64,000 nucleotides of DNA from Chrysomallon squamiferum (Eukaryota; Animalia; Mollusca), in NCBI GenBank assembly GCA_012295275.1, contig CM022665.1, positions 7,936,001 to 8,000,000 of the forward strand. Reading direction: 5' to 3'. The notes under the pieces were generated by a model. The model saw only the letters and a list, made by a program, of their open reading frames with translations, was not told the origin of the DNA and did not search any database. Shown one piece after another: positions 1 through 13,238 of the stretch. Within the stretch, counting starts at the first letter, position 1, and every line of letters begins with the position of its first letter. A program made the translations under genes and the position numbers.

Positions 1-3000
1 TATTACTGTACTGTAAGAAATTAATTCTTACTGATAATAATTATCTTCATACATTTAATATTATTTTCATGTTGGAAAAAGTTAATTTTATTATTTTTCT
101 TTAATTTTAATTATTGTTATTATTATTATTATTATTAAGATAAGTTTTGTGAAATTAATATAATTTAGCATAGTTAAATGTATTTTGGAGATATCGTGAT
201 TTTGTAATTGGACTTAATCCTAATAGTTACTGGATACATGGACAGTGTTACTCACCAGCCAATCAAGATGGTTGTCTCTGGCGCTAGTATTCAGAGAATG
301 AAATAATACATTAACAGAGTTCCTTCATTAGCTTATCAAAGCTAATAAGGGACCACACACCTAAAACTTCAGTTAGCCTGCTGAATACCTGTGTGTTAGT
401 TTTCTTAGATCAAACCTAATAGGTGAATAGAAGATAACTGTAAACATTTACTTCACTAACCTAAAAACACAGGTGTCAGCCTAGATTTAAAAATAAGAAC
501 TAGTTACTCTTAATTTTGCTGGGGTTTTTGTAAGATCATGATAACTGTGGAGATAAATTATGATAAAATTAAGCTTATCTTAATTTTTCAGTAAAAGAAA
601 GTTACCAAAGTCTGATTACAAATGTAAATACATCTGAAGCTCCTAGCAGCAGACGATTTTAGTACCGTAATATATCTTTTAGTTGTTAGATCATAGTAAT
701 CATTATTTATGGTTAGTACTTGAGAGAGAAAAAGACTGATGTAGTCTGTTGAGAATTAGAGTAATTGGCATATTACCAGAAAAGGCTTACAATAAAACAA
801 ATTGGTTAGCAAATATATTTCCCAAATGATTAAACAAGTGTTTAGGATTTTGATACCAGAGTCATGTGGTAAATGTGAAATGCCTGTTGCTGAGAACAGT
901 GTATACCAAGAGACCAATTATCTGCCAGACGAAACATCCAGGGAATCTCCACTGAAATAGTAGATGATGAATAACAATTAAACTGTCAATAATTCTTATC
1001 CCATATATATCACACTACATCTGTGTGTGCAGTGCAAAGACAATTACATCATGATTTATATTCAACCATAGCCCACGTACTTTACTGTGATCAGTGTCTT
1101 TTCTACATGTCTAGTAAACAGCAGCCTATCAGTTGTTTTTAAAATTTCATTATTTTTTAAATTTAAAAAATAATGAAATTTTGTGAGTTCTAATTTTTGT
1201 TTTATTTTTATACCAAAAAAGCAAAAACAGCAGTAATTTTTAATTTTTAATTTTTTAAAGAACTTTAGAAAACCAAAAATTAAAAGTATATAAAACACAT
1301 GGCTCATTAATTTCATTACGGTTTGTTACAATCGAATCAATTTATTTATCACCAAAGATATTACAGCAGTCTTTATTACATAATCTAAAGTGTATTCTCT
1401 GGTACACTGAATCAGTAATCATCTATATATATCTTCTGCATTTCAAAGTGTAAGTTTTATTTGAATTGTGATTCAGTATTTGATGATAATAATTTTTCAA
1501 AAAAATAACAAACTCATAATGGTGCATGGAAGTTGATTTTATTATCTATAAAGAAATATATTTAAAAATAAATATATAAAAAATATCCCAGTAGACTGAT
1601 GATAAATCACATATCCAGTGATGTATTCTATTGGGTTAAAAAAAATAATAATAATAAAGGAAGGAAGAAGTTAGTTTATAGCTAATAAGAAAGAGTGAAA
1701 ACAGCCTTGAAGTTTAAAAAGTACATTTTAATATAATCTATCTGAAATACTTGTAAGTTTTGAAAACATGTTCTTATAATTTGAACATTTTTTGCTTATG
1801 GCAGAGTTTAATTTGATAGCAAGAAATGGCTAGCACTATAAATACTTTCACTGATCAACCAGTTTAATTTAACAGCAAGAAATGACTACTGTTCAAGAAG
1901 CTAGTTCAAGTACATCACACATGTTCACACCAGTATTATGATTAAGTGCAGAGAGGTGTAGGAAAACTTTTCATTGATTTGTTATCACATGGAAGCTGTG
2001 AGTAATATCTGATACTACTTGAGATAAGAAAGTTTGTGTGTCTCACACACTTGTAGCTGGCCTCACAGGAACAAGAGTCTAACAGTCATCTGCTGAAAAT
2101 TAATTGCTTATCTTTAAACAGACACACACAACTATTAAACTATATATATATATTGAAGAAAAAACAAATTAAACTATTAAATATTTTGTTTTGAAAATAC
2201 TACATCTTTCATCTTGAGACAAAGAAGATCTATTACTATGGAATATTTTTCTAATTTTTTCTCCATGTCTGTTTTTTTTTTTTTTTTTTTTTTCCTGCTG
2301 GTTGGTTGTATAAATTAGACATGATGTACAGCTGATGACAGTTAATCAGTCATAGGGTCTTGCACCAAAATCTGTTCATTCTGCTTCTTGAATTTCCTTA
2401 CTGATACATTACAGTATAAATAATGTCAATCAAATTCACAACTGAGTAAAATTAGGACAATTTGATTTTCATTACTGAAATAATCATCCTTTAGAACACA
2501 CTGGTGTAGGCTTATTGGTCAAACACATTTTAAGTTTACTCAGTCACTTAGCACAAATTAGAAGTGGTCAAGCCTATAATGTAGCAGAAAAAATCTGAAA
2601 TTGAAAATTAAGACCATCTGACCAGAAGTACAGGCTTTGATGGTCTCTGTATAGATGAGTTTTATAGTCAGAATAATGCAATGATAATTGTCTACAACAT
2701 ATTGACTGAATGTGTTGAAGAAAACAGGTTTTTAATTTTCAGTTCCATCTGAACAGGATGTCCTGAATAAATGAACAATGAATGAAAAGGTAAATGGATT
2801 TACACCCCTGTTTTCAATATTAATATTAAAGCATTTTGTCAAGAGGTTATTTGTCATTTATGTGATAACATGAAAATGATATCCTGATGTAAACTCTCTA
2901 CTTATTAAGCAAGAGATATAAATATATAATGTTTTTTTTGTTTTTTTTGTAATTATTATGACAAACCATGCATCAAGCACAATATTATAATGGGAAATAA

Positions 3001-3012
3001 CACAACTGCACA

Positions 3013-3082
3013 CACATGAGATTTGAACCTATGACCTGTCATGCATCAGACTGGCACTCTAACCAATGAACTAAAGCTCAGT
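3013..3082 (-). mobile_element. Degenerate tRNA-derived SINE head (Pol III A and B boxes)
   Basis: Minus strand ctttagttcattggttagagtgccagtctgatgcatgacaggtcataggttcaaatctc: A box TAGTTCATTGG and B box GGTTCAAATC at tRNA-like spacing; stems do not close into a functional cloverleaf. Confidence 0.6.
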
Positions 3083-4717
3083 CTTTGAATGACATCTGAA
3101 TATAATCTTCACTGCATCAGTTTGATGAACATTTAGTCTCCAGCAGCCTCCATGTACTCTTTGGTGTGAGAAATGAATACAGCAACATGTAGGAAATGAA
3201 TTTATTGATTAGTGGAGATTTATTTCTGTAAATAAAGTGAAGTCATTTGCCTGAAAGAGATTTATCAGATTTGGTGTTTGCTGGGTGAACAAGTAGTGCA
3301 AGCTTAGATGATGACTTATGATTATTTCTCCTACTGGGTCAGTCAGTCTCCAGTGAGAAAAAAAGAAAACGAAATATTAAAATAAATGTGTTGCCTAATG
3401 CATACATATCATACATATAAAGAAGAATCTTAAAAAAGCTTTATGGTAGAACTGATATAAAGGAAGTATGTATATTGTTGATGGATTGATTTTATTAATC
3501 TGGTCTGCTTTTCTGATTATGGGGAGGTGAATGCAGAGAAAAAAATTAACTTCTAAACATTTTTGTTATTACTAAGATAGAATGTTGCTGTAAATGAGAA
3601 AGAAAGAAAAAGAAAGCATCCAAAAACTCAAATAAAACAAACTCAACTGAAAAAACAACAAAAAACCCCCTGAAAAACAACAAAATTGGTTTGGTAGTTA
3701 AGCATCATACTAAGGAATTACTTATTTATATAGTATGTATATCTGTGTTTCTGTGTGTTTGTGTATATGTATGTATGTAGGTAGGTATATATACACACAC
3801 ACATTCATACACACATACATACATACGTGGATATATATTTGTATGATTACAAGACATCAGTGAATTATATAACAATATCATGTGAAAACAATTCATATTG
3901 ACACATATGCTCCTAAAGCCATTGAGAAAACCTCCAGATGTTTTAATAAAAACAAAATAAATGATCTAAAAGACTAAGAAGACTCAACAGATTTTATCTG
4001 AGTAACCAAGTGGAAGTTATTAACTTTATGTTTAAATTACCAATCTTTTATAGCCATGATGTCTGTTTTAATGCATAGAGCTCTCAGAACAGATTTCCAT
4101 GATTTTGTATTCTGCTTCTGATGTAAAGTCGCAGATAAGATCAAGTCAAACCGGACACACATAACCATTAACAGCATAAACCAACTGTATTGGTTATCAT
4201 TCAGATTACAAAGAGAGGAAATGTACCAATGATGCCAAATCTCATGTAATCACTGCAGAACTGGTTTCAGTAAAAGATTTTATTTTGATATAACAAATTG
4301 ATATCTTAGGCTCAAGGTTGTTGTATGCCATTTTCATGCATATGTTGTGGCTCAATAGAATATCTACAAAAGAAATCATGTGTATCAATACAAAGTAGTG
4401 AATGCCCATTAAACTTAATTTTTCATACAAACTAGAAACCATGCAAATTATCCAGTCATTAGATATAGTAAAATTTAAAAAAAGATATATCCAATATTAA
4501 AATTTTAAATGGTTTAAAATATAAAAATCTGTTATTTTTATTCTTCTTAAATAACTTTTTGTAATGGTAGGAAAGTAATAAATGTTTATTTCTAGATTTA
4601 TCAGTTCTGAATTAAAATATTACATGGAAAAAAGTGGTAAAATACACACAGTAAATTTGGTACTAATCATGATATAATGCAGTACAGATAATTATATATT
4701 TATGTTATTTCCTTCAG

Positions 4718-5056
4718 GTTCAAAAGCTGAATTACAGAATATATACGCAAGTGGGTGCAATAATCAAAAGTTGACGCTAGAGTGCCCTGATCACCATCGT
4801 ATTGCCATCAACAGAATTTTCTATGGGGTGAAATCTGGTACAGAATGTATGCGGGACAGCACGTCAAAGGACTGTTGCCAAGCAACGTACCTTGACTGTC
4901 GTGTCAATGATGACTCACACTACCCGACTCTGAATACCCGGTGTTCTGGTTACCAGAGATGTTCCTTCCCTGTGGAGAGAGTTTCTACAGGAAAGCACTG
5001 CCGCGAGGACCAGTGGCACACAGACTACATGACTGTCATTTATGACTGTATTCCAG
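4718..5056 (+). CDS. Receptor A exon: SUEL/rhamnose-binding-lectin-like domain
   Basis: ttcag|GT...CCAG|gtaag; Cys spacing, YG motif and terminal Y-x-x-V-x-Y-x-C match the SUEL fold; the canonical ANYGR and DPC..KYL motifs are altered to IFYGV and KHC..DYM. Confidence 0.75.
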
Positions 5057-8000
5057 GTAAGACTTTGATGTTTATTTAATGAATCAGGAATGACTGTAAC
5101 ACGGAGAAATTTCAGTGTTAACAAGATGAATCAGAGTTTGTGTAAATTATAAATCAGATGTGAAAAGTGTTAACCTTTAATTCATCATTAAGCAATGTTC
5201 ATTTATTCCTTCCTTGTAAATACATCCTGACTGGAAGTACCAATGTTAATGTCAAGTTACCTCACTAACTCCTTTAAGACAAAAATGAAACAAGAAGTTT
5301 GTCTGTAATTTCTCAGAAGAAGAGGAATTTGTTAAAATATTGATTTCGTAAATTTTCCAACATTCCTAAGTCAGTGCCAATAATATTTGAAATGTGAGTG
5401 ACTTCAGTATAAGCATTCATCCACCTCTAACAGATGAGAGTTAAATAAACAAACAGAGAAGTAAAAATAGCTTCTCCCAGGTATATATCTTGTAGTATTT
5501 CATGTAACATCTACAGCCAGGCTACTTAAAAGTATCTAAAGCAACAAATAAAAAGTGGCGAGGATCTGAATTGTTCATCTAGAAGTGAATTGAGATAGTT
5601 GTTAATGTGAAATCTGATGTCTTCAGCAGCAGCACACTCTACTCCATACAGAGTCTCTCTTTTTCAGCATATGGCCGATTATTTTTAGATTTTTTTTTCA
5701 ATGTGTTTACTAAGTTGAGAAGACAGAACAGTTAAAGTGAAAGCTAACAGTTCATCACAAGCTTCTTTCATTCTTATATCAAATGTTGAGAACCATGCTG
5801 AGAATACTGATAAAAAATAAACCCAACAAAAACAGAACACATTTATTACAGACATCACCTTTTTTTCAGTTTGTCTGTAAATGTGTTAACACTGATACAT
5901 AAACATTAAATGGTATTTCTCTAATCAGTTATGACATCTGCCTACATTCTTATTATGATATTTCAGTAAAATGTTTATGTGCATGTCTTAGTAAATTAAA
6001 GAACTTTTTATTAATTTTTTCCTTTCAGTAACTATAGCGATATATAAACGTACAGTGCATCTTTCAGTAAATAAGATTTTTTTTTTTTTTAATCATCATA
6101 TTTATTAGTAATATCATTAGTCATTATAGCAGTAGTTACTGTTGTTGTTGTTGTAGAGTAGTAGTAGCAAATACAAGGAGTTATAAAGATAGTTGTGGTA
6201 GTAGTAGCAGTAGTAGCAGCAGCAGCAGCACTGGCAGAAGTAGAGTAGTATTAGGGGTAGAAGCAACGAAACTAAAATTTATACTGAAACATATTACATT
6301 TGTTAATAAATATCAGCTGTTTTAAAAGTTTGTAAAGTGATTACCTTAAGACCATTTATCACCAATAATATATAATATATATACAAACAAACATATTCAT
6401 TCATTTGTCTGCAAAAAAAAAAAAAGACCCATACACACACATGCTTCATACATCTATACATAGACATGTCTATTAATATAATTTTATATATATAATCTTT
6501 GGCATTCTTTCCTCTGTATTATAAGAACATGAAAATATGCCAGAGTATACATACTAAACCTCAATAGTCTTGCATTAATTGAAGTAACATCTTCAGGTTG
6601 GCCCAGTTCCTAACAAGCTGTCATTCTGCAGAATATAGATGACATTTTATGGAATACCAAACACTTGAGCTATTATTTGACATAGTCAGCTTCATACCAG
6701 AGTATGCTATTGTATATAACTCATGGTTTTATGTCTTCATCTCCACTGTTTAAGTAGACAGTAAATAGTTTTTTAACTAAACTTTGTCTGCTGCCAAAGA
6801 AAGTCTTTCAACAGAAGAACAGTTTCAGCTATTAGCAGACTTGATAGAATTGTATGACTGTAAATAACATCTCAAAATAACCATTGTAGTTGTAAAACAG
6901 TATATTATCTTGTCTACTGTACCTGGACTGGTGTGAAAACAAAATAAATTACAGTTTGTAATGGAAGAAACAGAACAGGCATTAGAATCTGTATCTCAGT
7001 GGTTGAACTGTGCTACTTTAAAGTTAGTTTAGTTTGTTATGTATTGATACAATAAAATGCAGATTTTTATGTAAAATGTTTTTCATTTGTTTATTGTACA
7101 TACTTTATTTTATTGTTATTACTAACATCACCATTATTATTTATTTTATGATTTCTTTTATCTATTTTTTTATTATTATTATTTAAAAAAATATATATTC
7201 TTGATTGTATGCTAAGTGTTTTCTATCTTAGTTTTCTCTCAGCAGTAAAAACACATTTCATTAATGTAATCACAATCATTAAAATATCATTTTAAATCTT
7301 TCTACTATAAGAAATATAAAAACACTGACAGCACATTTTTTCCTTTTATATTTTTTTCTCACGTTCTATCACACAGAATTACAGAAACTGAAATATCAGT
7401 TAGATCCAGGATTTCAGAAAAGGGAGTGTCATCATTGTGATGGACATAATGTTCAAAATGAAATTAGTTTCATTATTAAAAAAAAGAAAAGAAAGATGGG
7501 TTTAGAATTTATTCCTAGATCTGCATCTCACTGTAAAAAGGATTCATTGCAGCATATTGTTTATCTTTCTGTCTTTCATTTACAGTTCACTGGCACCTAA
7601 CAGAAGTATTTTCATTTCTTTTTTGCTGATGTGTTGTTAAAATATTATTCATTAATTCTCAGGGGATTCATTGTGTTTCCTTTAGTGTGTTAAGCCAGCT
7701 CAGATTTGACAGTTTACATCTTTGCATTATGTAAATTAAATCTACACATGACAGTAAGAATTCACACTTGATTTATCTCATGTTAATTTTTATTCAGTAA
7801 CTGGTTTGTCATTTTGGCTGCAAGTATAATAATACACTGTTGAGAATACAAAGAAACTGGTGGAATCACCACTAAATGTGATGATTTGTTCTATGATTTT
7901 ATTACATCTTCACAAAATACAATTCTATCAACAGATGACAGCAGTCATATGAAAAAGCAAAATAATTAGAAGAAGATTTGATGTAAAACATTTTTTTTTT

Positions 8001-11000
8001 TTTCATATATCAGCAGTCTCTAGACTAGATTTTTTATTACATCATAAAAAAAGTAAAAATACCAGTAAACTGGCTTATATAACTGTATATATTCTGTAGT
8101 TGTTATCTTAATTAGTGATAATGAAAATCGGTTTTCCTTTTTTATTTTAGCTTTCTGATACACTATCATCATTAGATTACTCATAATTTGCAAACTAGAA
8201 TTTGTGATATAGAATTTGTGGCCAGTTTTATACTGAATAGGAAGACACTACACTCTGCATAATGGAACAAAACATCAGTATCCACAAAAAAACCCACCCA
8301 AATCATTAGTGATCAAAATTAATTAAAGCTTCTCAGACATATAAAACTGCATTAAAATACAAAAATCAAACAAACAACAAAATGAACACACACAAAACAG
8401 CCAAATGAATAAAAACAAATCTGAGTTGAAGGTCAAAACTAAATGTATTACAACCTGCTGAAGTTAGTGTAACAAAAGCACTTAACAGTTATGTCTTCAA
8501 ACCATAAAGTTCTTCTTCTGACAGTTTCTTGTACTGCTGCAGTTAGTTATCACAGTTATTTAACTGCCAGATAGATTCAAACTGTTCTACACAATGCATA
8601 CTTTCTTTCTTTCAACACCTGTCTTTGAATATACATTTAATGGAAAGAAATGTTTCATTTGAAAAAAGTAAAATGTCAATAATAATTTCCTGTATATAGC
8701 AAAACAGACTCAATGTGTTTGGTATGTAGTGATAAAACAAAAGTCTTTTAAGATTATTTATTTATTTGTTTATTTATTTTGTTTTGTGGTGTTTTTTTTA
8801 TTTTTATAAGCAGTATTTGTGGGGATAAGATTGTTGATGGGATTTTTTCTTCAAAGTAATATGTACAATGTTTAAAATAAAACAAAACAAAAATTCACAA
8901 ATTTCCACATTTGTCTTACACCATTATATATAATATGTAACTGAAAGCCTCTAAGACTGAAATAGTAAATTCAGAATTATGTCAGAAAAGTGAATGAAAG
9001 GTAGGTTTGTTTTCAACCATTTATTAGACTGTTGGGTAAGAAATCATTTGGGAAACATGACACTAAAGATCTAGATTTAGGAAAGTAAATGAACAGTATG
9101 TTTGTTTTCAACTGTTTCCTAAGTTATTAGGTGTCAATTCAGTTGGCAAACATGACACAAGGAATTTAGAGTTTGAGAAACAATGAGAAAATACATTCCA
9201 TGATCTTATGCTGTCTGCCAGACTCCAGAGTGAGAGGAAAGACTGTCATTTCTACTAAGTACATACACAAAACCAAGATTCTCTGCAAATGCATTGCATA
9301 TTCCCTGGTGTAGTAAGTTAATAGATTATGAAAGAAGTGTGTTATAGTCATCTTAATTCAGTGATTCTTAACATGGGGTACAAAACTTCCAAACCTTTTT
9401 GACATAACTCTGAATTTACTATTTCAGTTTTAGAGGCTTTCAGTTTCATATTATATATATTGGTGCAAGACAAATGTTGAAATTCGTGAATTTAAATTTT
9501 GGTTTTGTTTTATTTTGAATATTGTATATATTACTTTGAAGAAAAATATCCCATCAACACTTTTCTACCCACAATTTCTTTCCATTAAACATATATTCAA
9601 AGCCAGGTTTTGGAAGGCAGAAATTTAAGAAGCATTGCATACTAGTTTTCATGTGGCTCTCTCTTTGTCTTAGAAGATGTCAGTGCTGCTAGACTGATTT
9701 GTAGATATCCTTGAAGCAGTCACTATTGTTAGGTGTTTCTGTAGTCATTTTACTCTGAATAAATTATCATTTCTATCAGAAAAGGTAAAATAATAATAAT
9801 AATAAACAATAAGTTCATAGATTAAATAAAAATAAGTTAATAGTTTAAATAAAAATGAATTAAATACAGTTTTCTTTTATCTAATGTCCATTTTTCTAAT
9901 AAATTAAACATGTTGTAAAGTATTTATCAATATTTATCTTTAAATTTGGAATCTACATATTGTTTCCATCAAGTGAGTATTTTAAATCAGCTGTAAACAC
10001 ATTATATACTGCATCTGTGCATGCTCACAACAGACTGCATGTGCCAGCTTTCACCATCCTAATCATATTGGCATCATTTCCAGTGTCTATTTACCTCGGA
10101 CATGATCTGTGTGTTTAAGAAACAAGTGCCAGGTGACAGCCTCATGTTGTAAAGTGGCTGGTCATATCAAACTGCAGTCAGTCAACACAAACTAACTTCT
10201 CACACCTGTGGCTCTGTTCATATTAAAAACATTGTGATAGATCTTCCCAAAGGAAGTAGCACTGCTGTGATGTAAATACAGGAACTTTACAACGGAAAAC
10301 ACATTGCAAAAAGGAAGACAAATAGAATCTATATGTGTCTGTGCAGCTGTTACATGTGTATCTGAGTAAAATTTTATACTTACATGCTTGTAGAGATATA
10401 TAAATTTTATGTATTTAAATTTTTCTCCTTTTTTTTGGACCTTTTATTGATAATACCACAAAATAAATATATAACAAATAACATTTTTAACATTTAATCT
10501 CAATCTCAGATGATTTGTTGTTTAATTACTTCTAATTTTTTCTTCTTTTTAAAAAGTAATACAGTTAACTAAAATCTTTTTTTATTTTATTTTTTAATCA
10601 GATGGGGATATTGCTCACTTTTGTTCTGATGACTTCAAGCAAGCCAAGGTGCTGTACCTGGCCAATAAGGAATACCCATCTTCCATGAAAGGCAGTATTC
10701 CAAAATGTTCTTGTCTAGTATCCACTGGTCAGTCCCGAGGTCTCAATCTTCATTCCATCGACATCCTCCTGGCTCGGTCTGAATATGGAGGTCGGACATG
10801 TGACCGCTTTATCAAAGTTGAGGACTCCTTTGGTTACAACAAGCAGATAACCTGTGGACATCGAGGACTGTATGGGTTCAGAAACATCTACACCAGGACC
10901 ACACAGAATGTGTCCCTGATTCTTGAGAGTCTCCCAGGAGATGGCACTGCTTACATATTCCTGCAGATTAAACGTAATTTTATTCTGTTTATTAAATGCC

Positions 11001-13238
11001 TTAAAATCAAATGTTTCAGATTATGATACTACTATGCAAAAATTCATATCATTCAGTGTGATACTGGAGTCAAAATACATTACATTCATGTAATTATTAT
11101 TTAAAAGTTTGCAACAGCTCAGTCTTTAATGATTTTTGGATTTCATCGTTTTCCACTTACTTGGTTTTGCATCATGTTGAGATTTTTATAGCTTGATACA
11201 GTGCAAATGTTTATAGTAACTGACCTGGTAATGAGATATTCATTCATTCATTCATTCATAAATTTAGTTTATTTATATTTATCAGTTTATTATTTATCTA
11301 TTACCATCTAGCCACCGACTCCAGTGACCATGTAAAAATCCACTGTGGAGAATCTCTTCGTAGACTTCTTGCCAAGCCTTATGACACTGAGTCACGAATC
11401 AAGACAAATATAGATGAAGAGAACATTATGAGAACCACCACAGTGAACAACAGACCTCCAAATGAATCAGCTTCCGCAGGGGTTTTTCCTCTCACTCCTG
11501 ACATGGGTAATAATTGTTCTGTAATATTTCATCATCATCATTGTTATCATTATTTACAATACTGTAATTTTATTTATAAAAAAATGTATGTGTTTGTGTG
11601 TGTTATTAAATAGACAAAAAGAAGGAAAAAAACCTTTACCTAGATGAATTGCATTTCTATAAATAAAAGCTACTACAATTAATTTAATTTAATATATTTT
11701 TTTTAAATTAAATCCTGAATGTATTTAATTTTACTTAACTATTCATTTAAGATAGATCTATGTGAAATAATAATAAATTTTTTAAAAAACCTTATAAATG
11801 TTTTTTTTTTCTGACAAAATACAAAATCTAATAAATATCAAAAATATAAATTATAAAATTTTGTTTAATAAAATTATATTTACTTAAAGATTGTATTCTC
11901 TGTTAATTACAGCTGCTATTGTTGGTGGAATCGTAGCAGCATCATTTGTAATCTTTGCCATCCTCATAATTGCCATTGCTCTTCATTGTAGAAGGTAAGT
12001 CATTACAGAAACCAATCAATTTTAATGAAATATATTCCATATTTAAAATATTGTACAAACCAAATCAAAATAAAATGTCTTTCATATTTAAAAATGCTAA
12101 ATTAATTCACAGTGATGAGAAAACAGACTTTGGACATTTTAGATATTCACTTTATATAAATAATAAATGAATTTCATTGAAAATTCTTGATAAGTCTTGT
12201 TTAAAAACAAGTGTATAATAAGTTGTTTTGTTTTGTTTTTGTTTTAGAATGAGACAAGCCAAAGCTCCTAAAACTCAGGTAGAGTTGTATCCAGCTATGT
12301 CATCAGCACCTCTAGATGTAACATCTTACTGTCGCTATGACTACGATGATGACAATTACTGTTCCATTAGTCGCAGCCCTCTCAAAGTAATGCAGTATGA
12401 TAACACAAACCAAAATACAGTGCTCAATGATGCATTCACCAATGCTGACCGACATGAAGTCCAAACTCTTGTCCATTACAGTGCTGATAAGGAATCCCTG
12501 CCCAATGGAACTCATAGCCATGGTAATAGTGTAGAAGAACCACTGCTGAATGGCTCATGCAGAGACTATCTGGCAATCAAAGATGGAAGTCAGACAATAG
12601 CAGCTGGAATTCACAAACCTCCACCAGATCCTCCTATCAGTGGTCACAAAACTCTTCCAGGTCATCAAGCTTACAACCATGTGACAAGGAGTCCACCAGC
12701 CAAACCCAGGAGCAAAAGTGTCACCTTTCAGCAGCCTGTTGCCATGGTGACACCACTTCCATCTGGGTCAGAAGAATCAATGATGGAACAGGAGGCAAAC
12801 AAACCTGTTGCTGACAAGTATGAGCTGGAGCTGCCTGACCTTGATATGAACCTGACTGAAACAATCCCCATCCCACGACTGGAGACAAAGGAACAAGATA
12901 CTTTCCAGCGACCCCTCTCTACATTCAGGTCTCCAGAAGAAGAAAAACTGATTGCAAAGAAGTTTGACATCACATCTCCACCATGCTTGGATACTTCCAC
13001 CGGCCAGTATGATAACCTGCCCTACTTCACTGGGAAGGAGAAATCCTTTTGGCTGCCCACACAGGATGTTAAACCAGTGATTAAGCTTCATCCCAAGGTT
13101 CAACTGCAGAGGCAGCATCAAGAACATGAAAAACAGCAGCAGCAAAAACAGCAACAGCAGCAGCAACAACAACAACAGCTGACTGATCAGCAACAAATGC
13201 CAAATGGAAAAACAAGAGTATATGAAACTGGGGTGTGA
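4718..13238 (+). CDS. Receptor A: type I transmembrane protein (SUEL/Gal-lectin-like + CUB-like + stalk + TM + long cytoplasmic tail); 5'-partial, signal exon not found
   Basis: Exons 4718-5056, 10602-10973, 11312-11506, 11913-11994, 12248-13238, all AG/GT bounded with matching phases (1,1,1,1,2); 1979 nt + 1 upstream nt = 660 codons including stop. Exon 1 has a SUEL-type Cys pattern (GC..QKLTLECP...IAINRIFYG...RCSGYQRCSF...DYMTVIYDCIP). TM is AAIVGGIVAASFVIFAILIIAIALHC followed by RR. Ends RVYETGV-stop. Confidence 0.85.
6128..6250. repeat. Degenerate (GTA/GCA/GTT)n trinucleotide tract, intronic
   Basis: gttgttgttgtt, agtagtagc, agcagcagcagcagca runs. Confidence 0.75.
8817..9574. mobile_element. 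Non-autonomous foldback/MITE-like element: ~175-bp inverted arms around an internal ~95-bp tandem repeat
   Basis: 8817-8990 is the imperfect reverse complement of 9395-9574 (e.g. ctgaaagcctctaagactgaaatagtaaattcaga versus tctgaatttactatttcagttttagaggctttcag). Two diverged ~95-bp units lie at about 8985-9080 and 9081-9180, sharing tttgttttcaac and aaacatgacac. Confidence 0.7.
10602..10973 (+). CDS. Receptor A exon: CUB-like beta-sandwich domain
   Basis: atcag|AT...AAAC|gtaat; HFC...LYLANKEYPSS...CSCLV...C.RFIKV...ITCG pattern resembles CUB (C..., N..YP, C, D.L.I, .CG). Confidence 0.6.
12248..13238 (+). CDS. Receptor A terminal exon: ~330-aa cytoplasmic tail with Tyr motifs, Pro-rich tract, RVxF, polyQ and PDZ-binding end
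   Basis: tttag|A ATG AGA...; matches the 336-aa ORF 12228..13238; phase 2 fits the TM exon donor AG|gtaagt at 11994. Confidence 0.85.
13134..13178 (+). repeat. Coding CAG/CAA repeat (QQQQKQQQQQQQQQQ) in receptor A tail
   Basis: cagcagcagcaaaaacagcaacagcagcagcaacaacaacaacag, in frame. Confidence 0.9.

Noticed and set aside
3013-3082. Functional tRNA gene
   Set aside because: A and B boxes are present but acceptor and anticodon stems do not pair properly; treated as a SINE relic.
1-4717. Signal-peptide exon for receptor A
   Set aside because: I found no ATG + hydrophobic stretch + phase-1 donor; it probably lies upstream of the window, though a short exon could have been missed.
8985-9180. 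CRISPR-like repeat/spacer array
   Set aside because: Only two diverged ~95-bp tandem units with no unique spacers, in a eukaryotic intron, and no cas genes.
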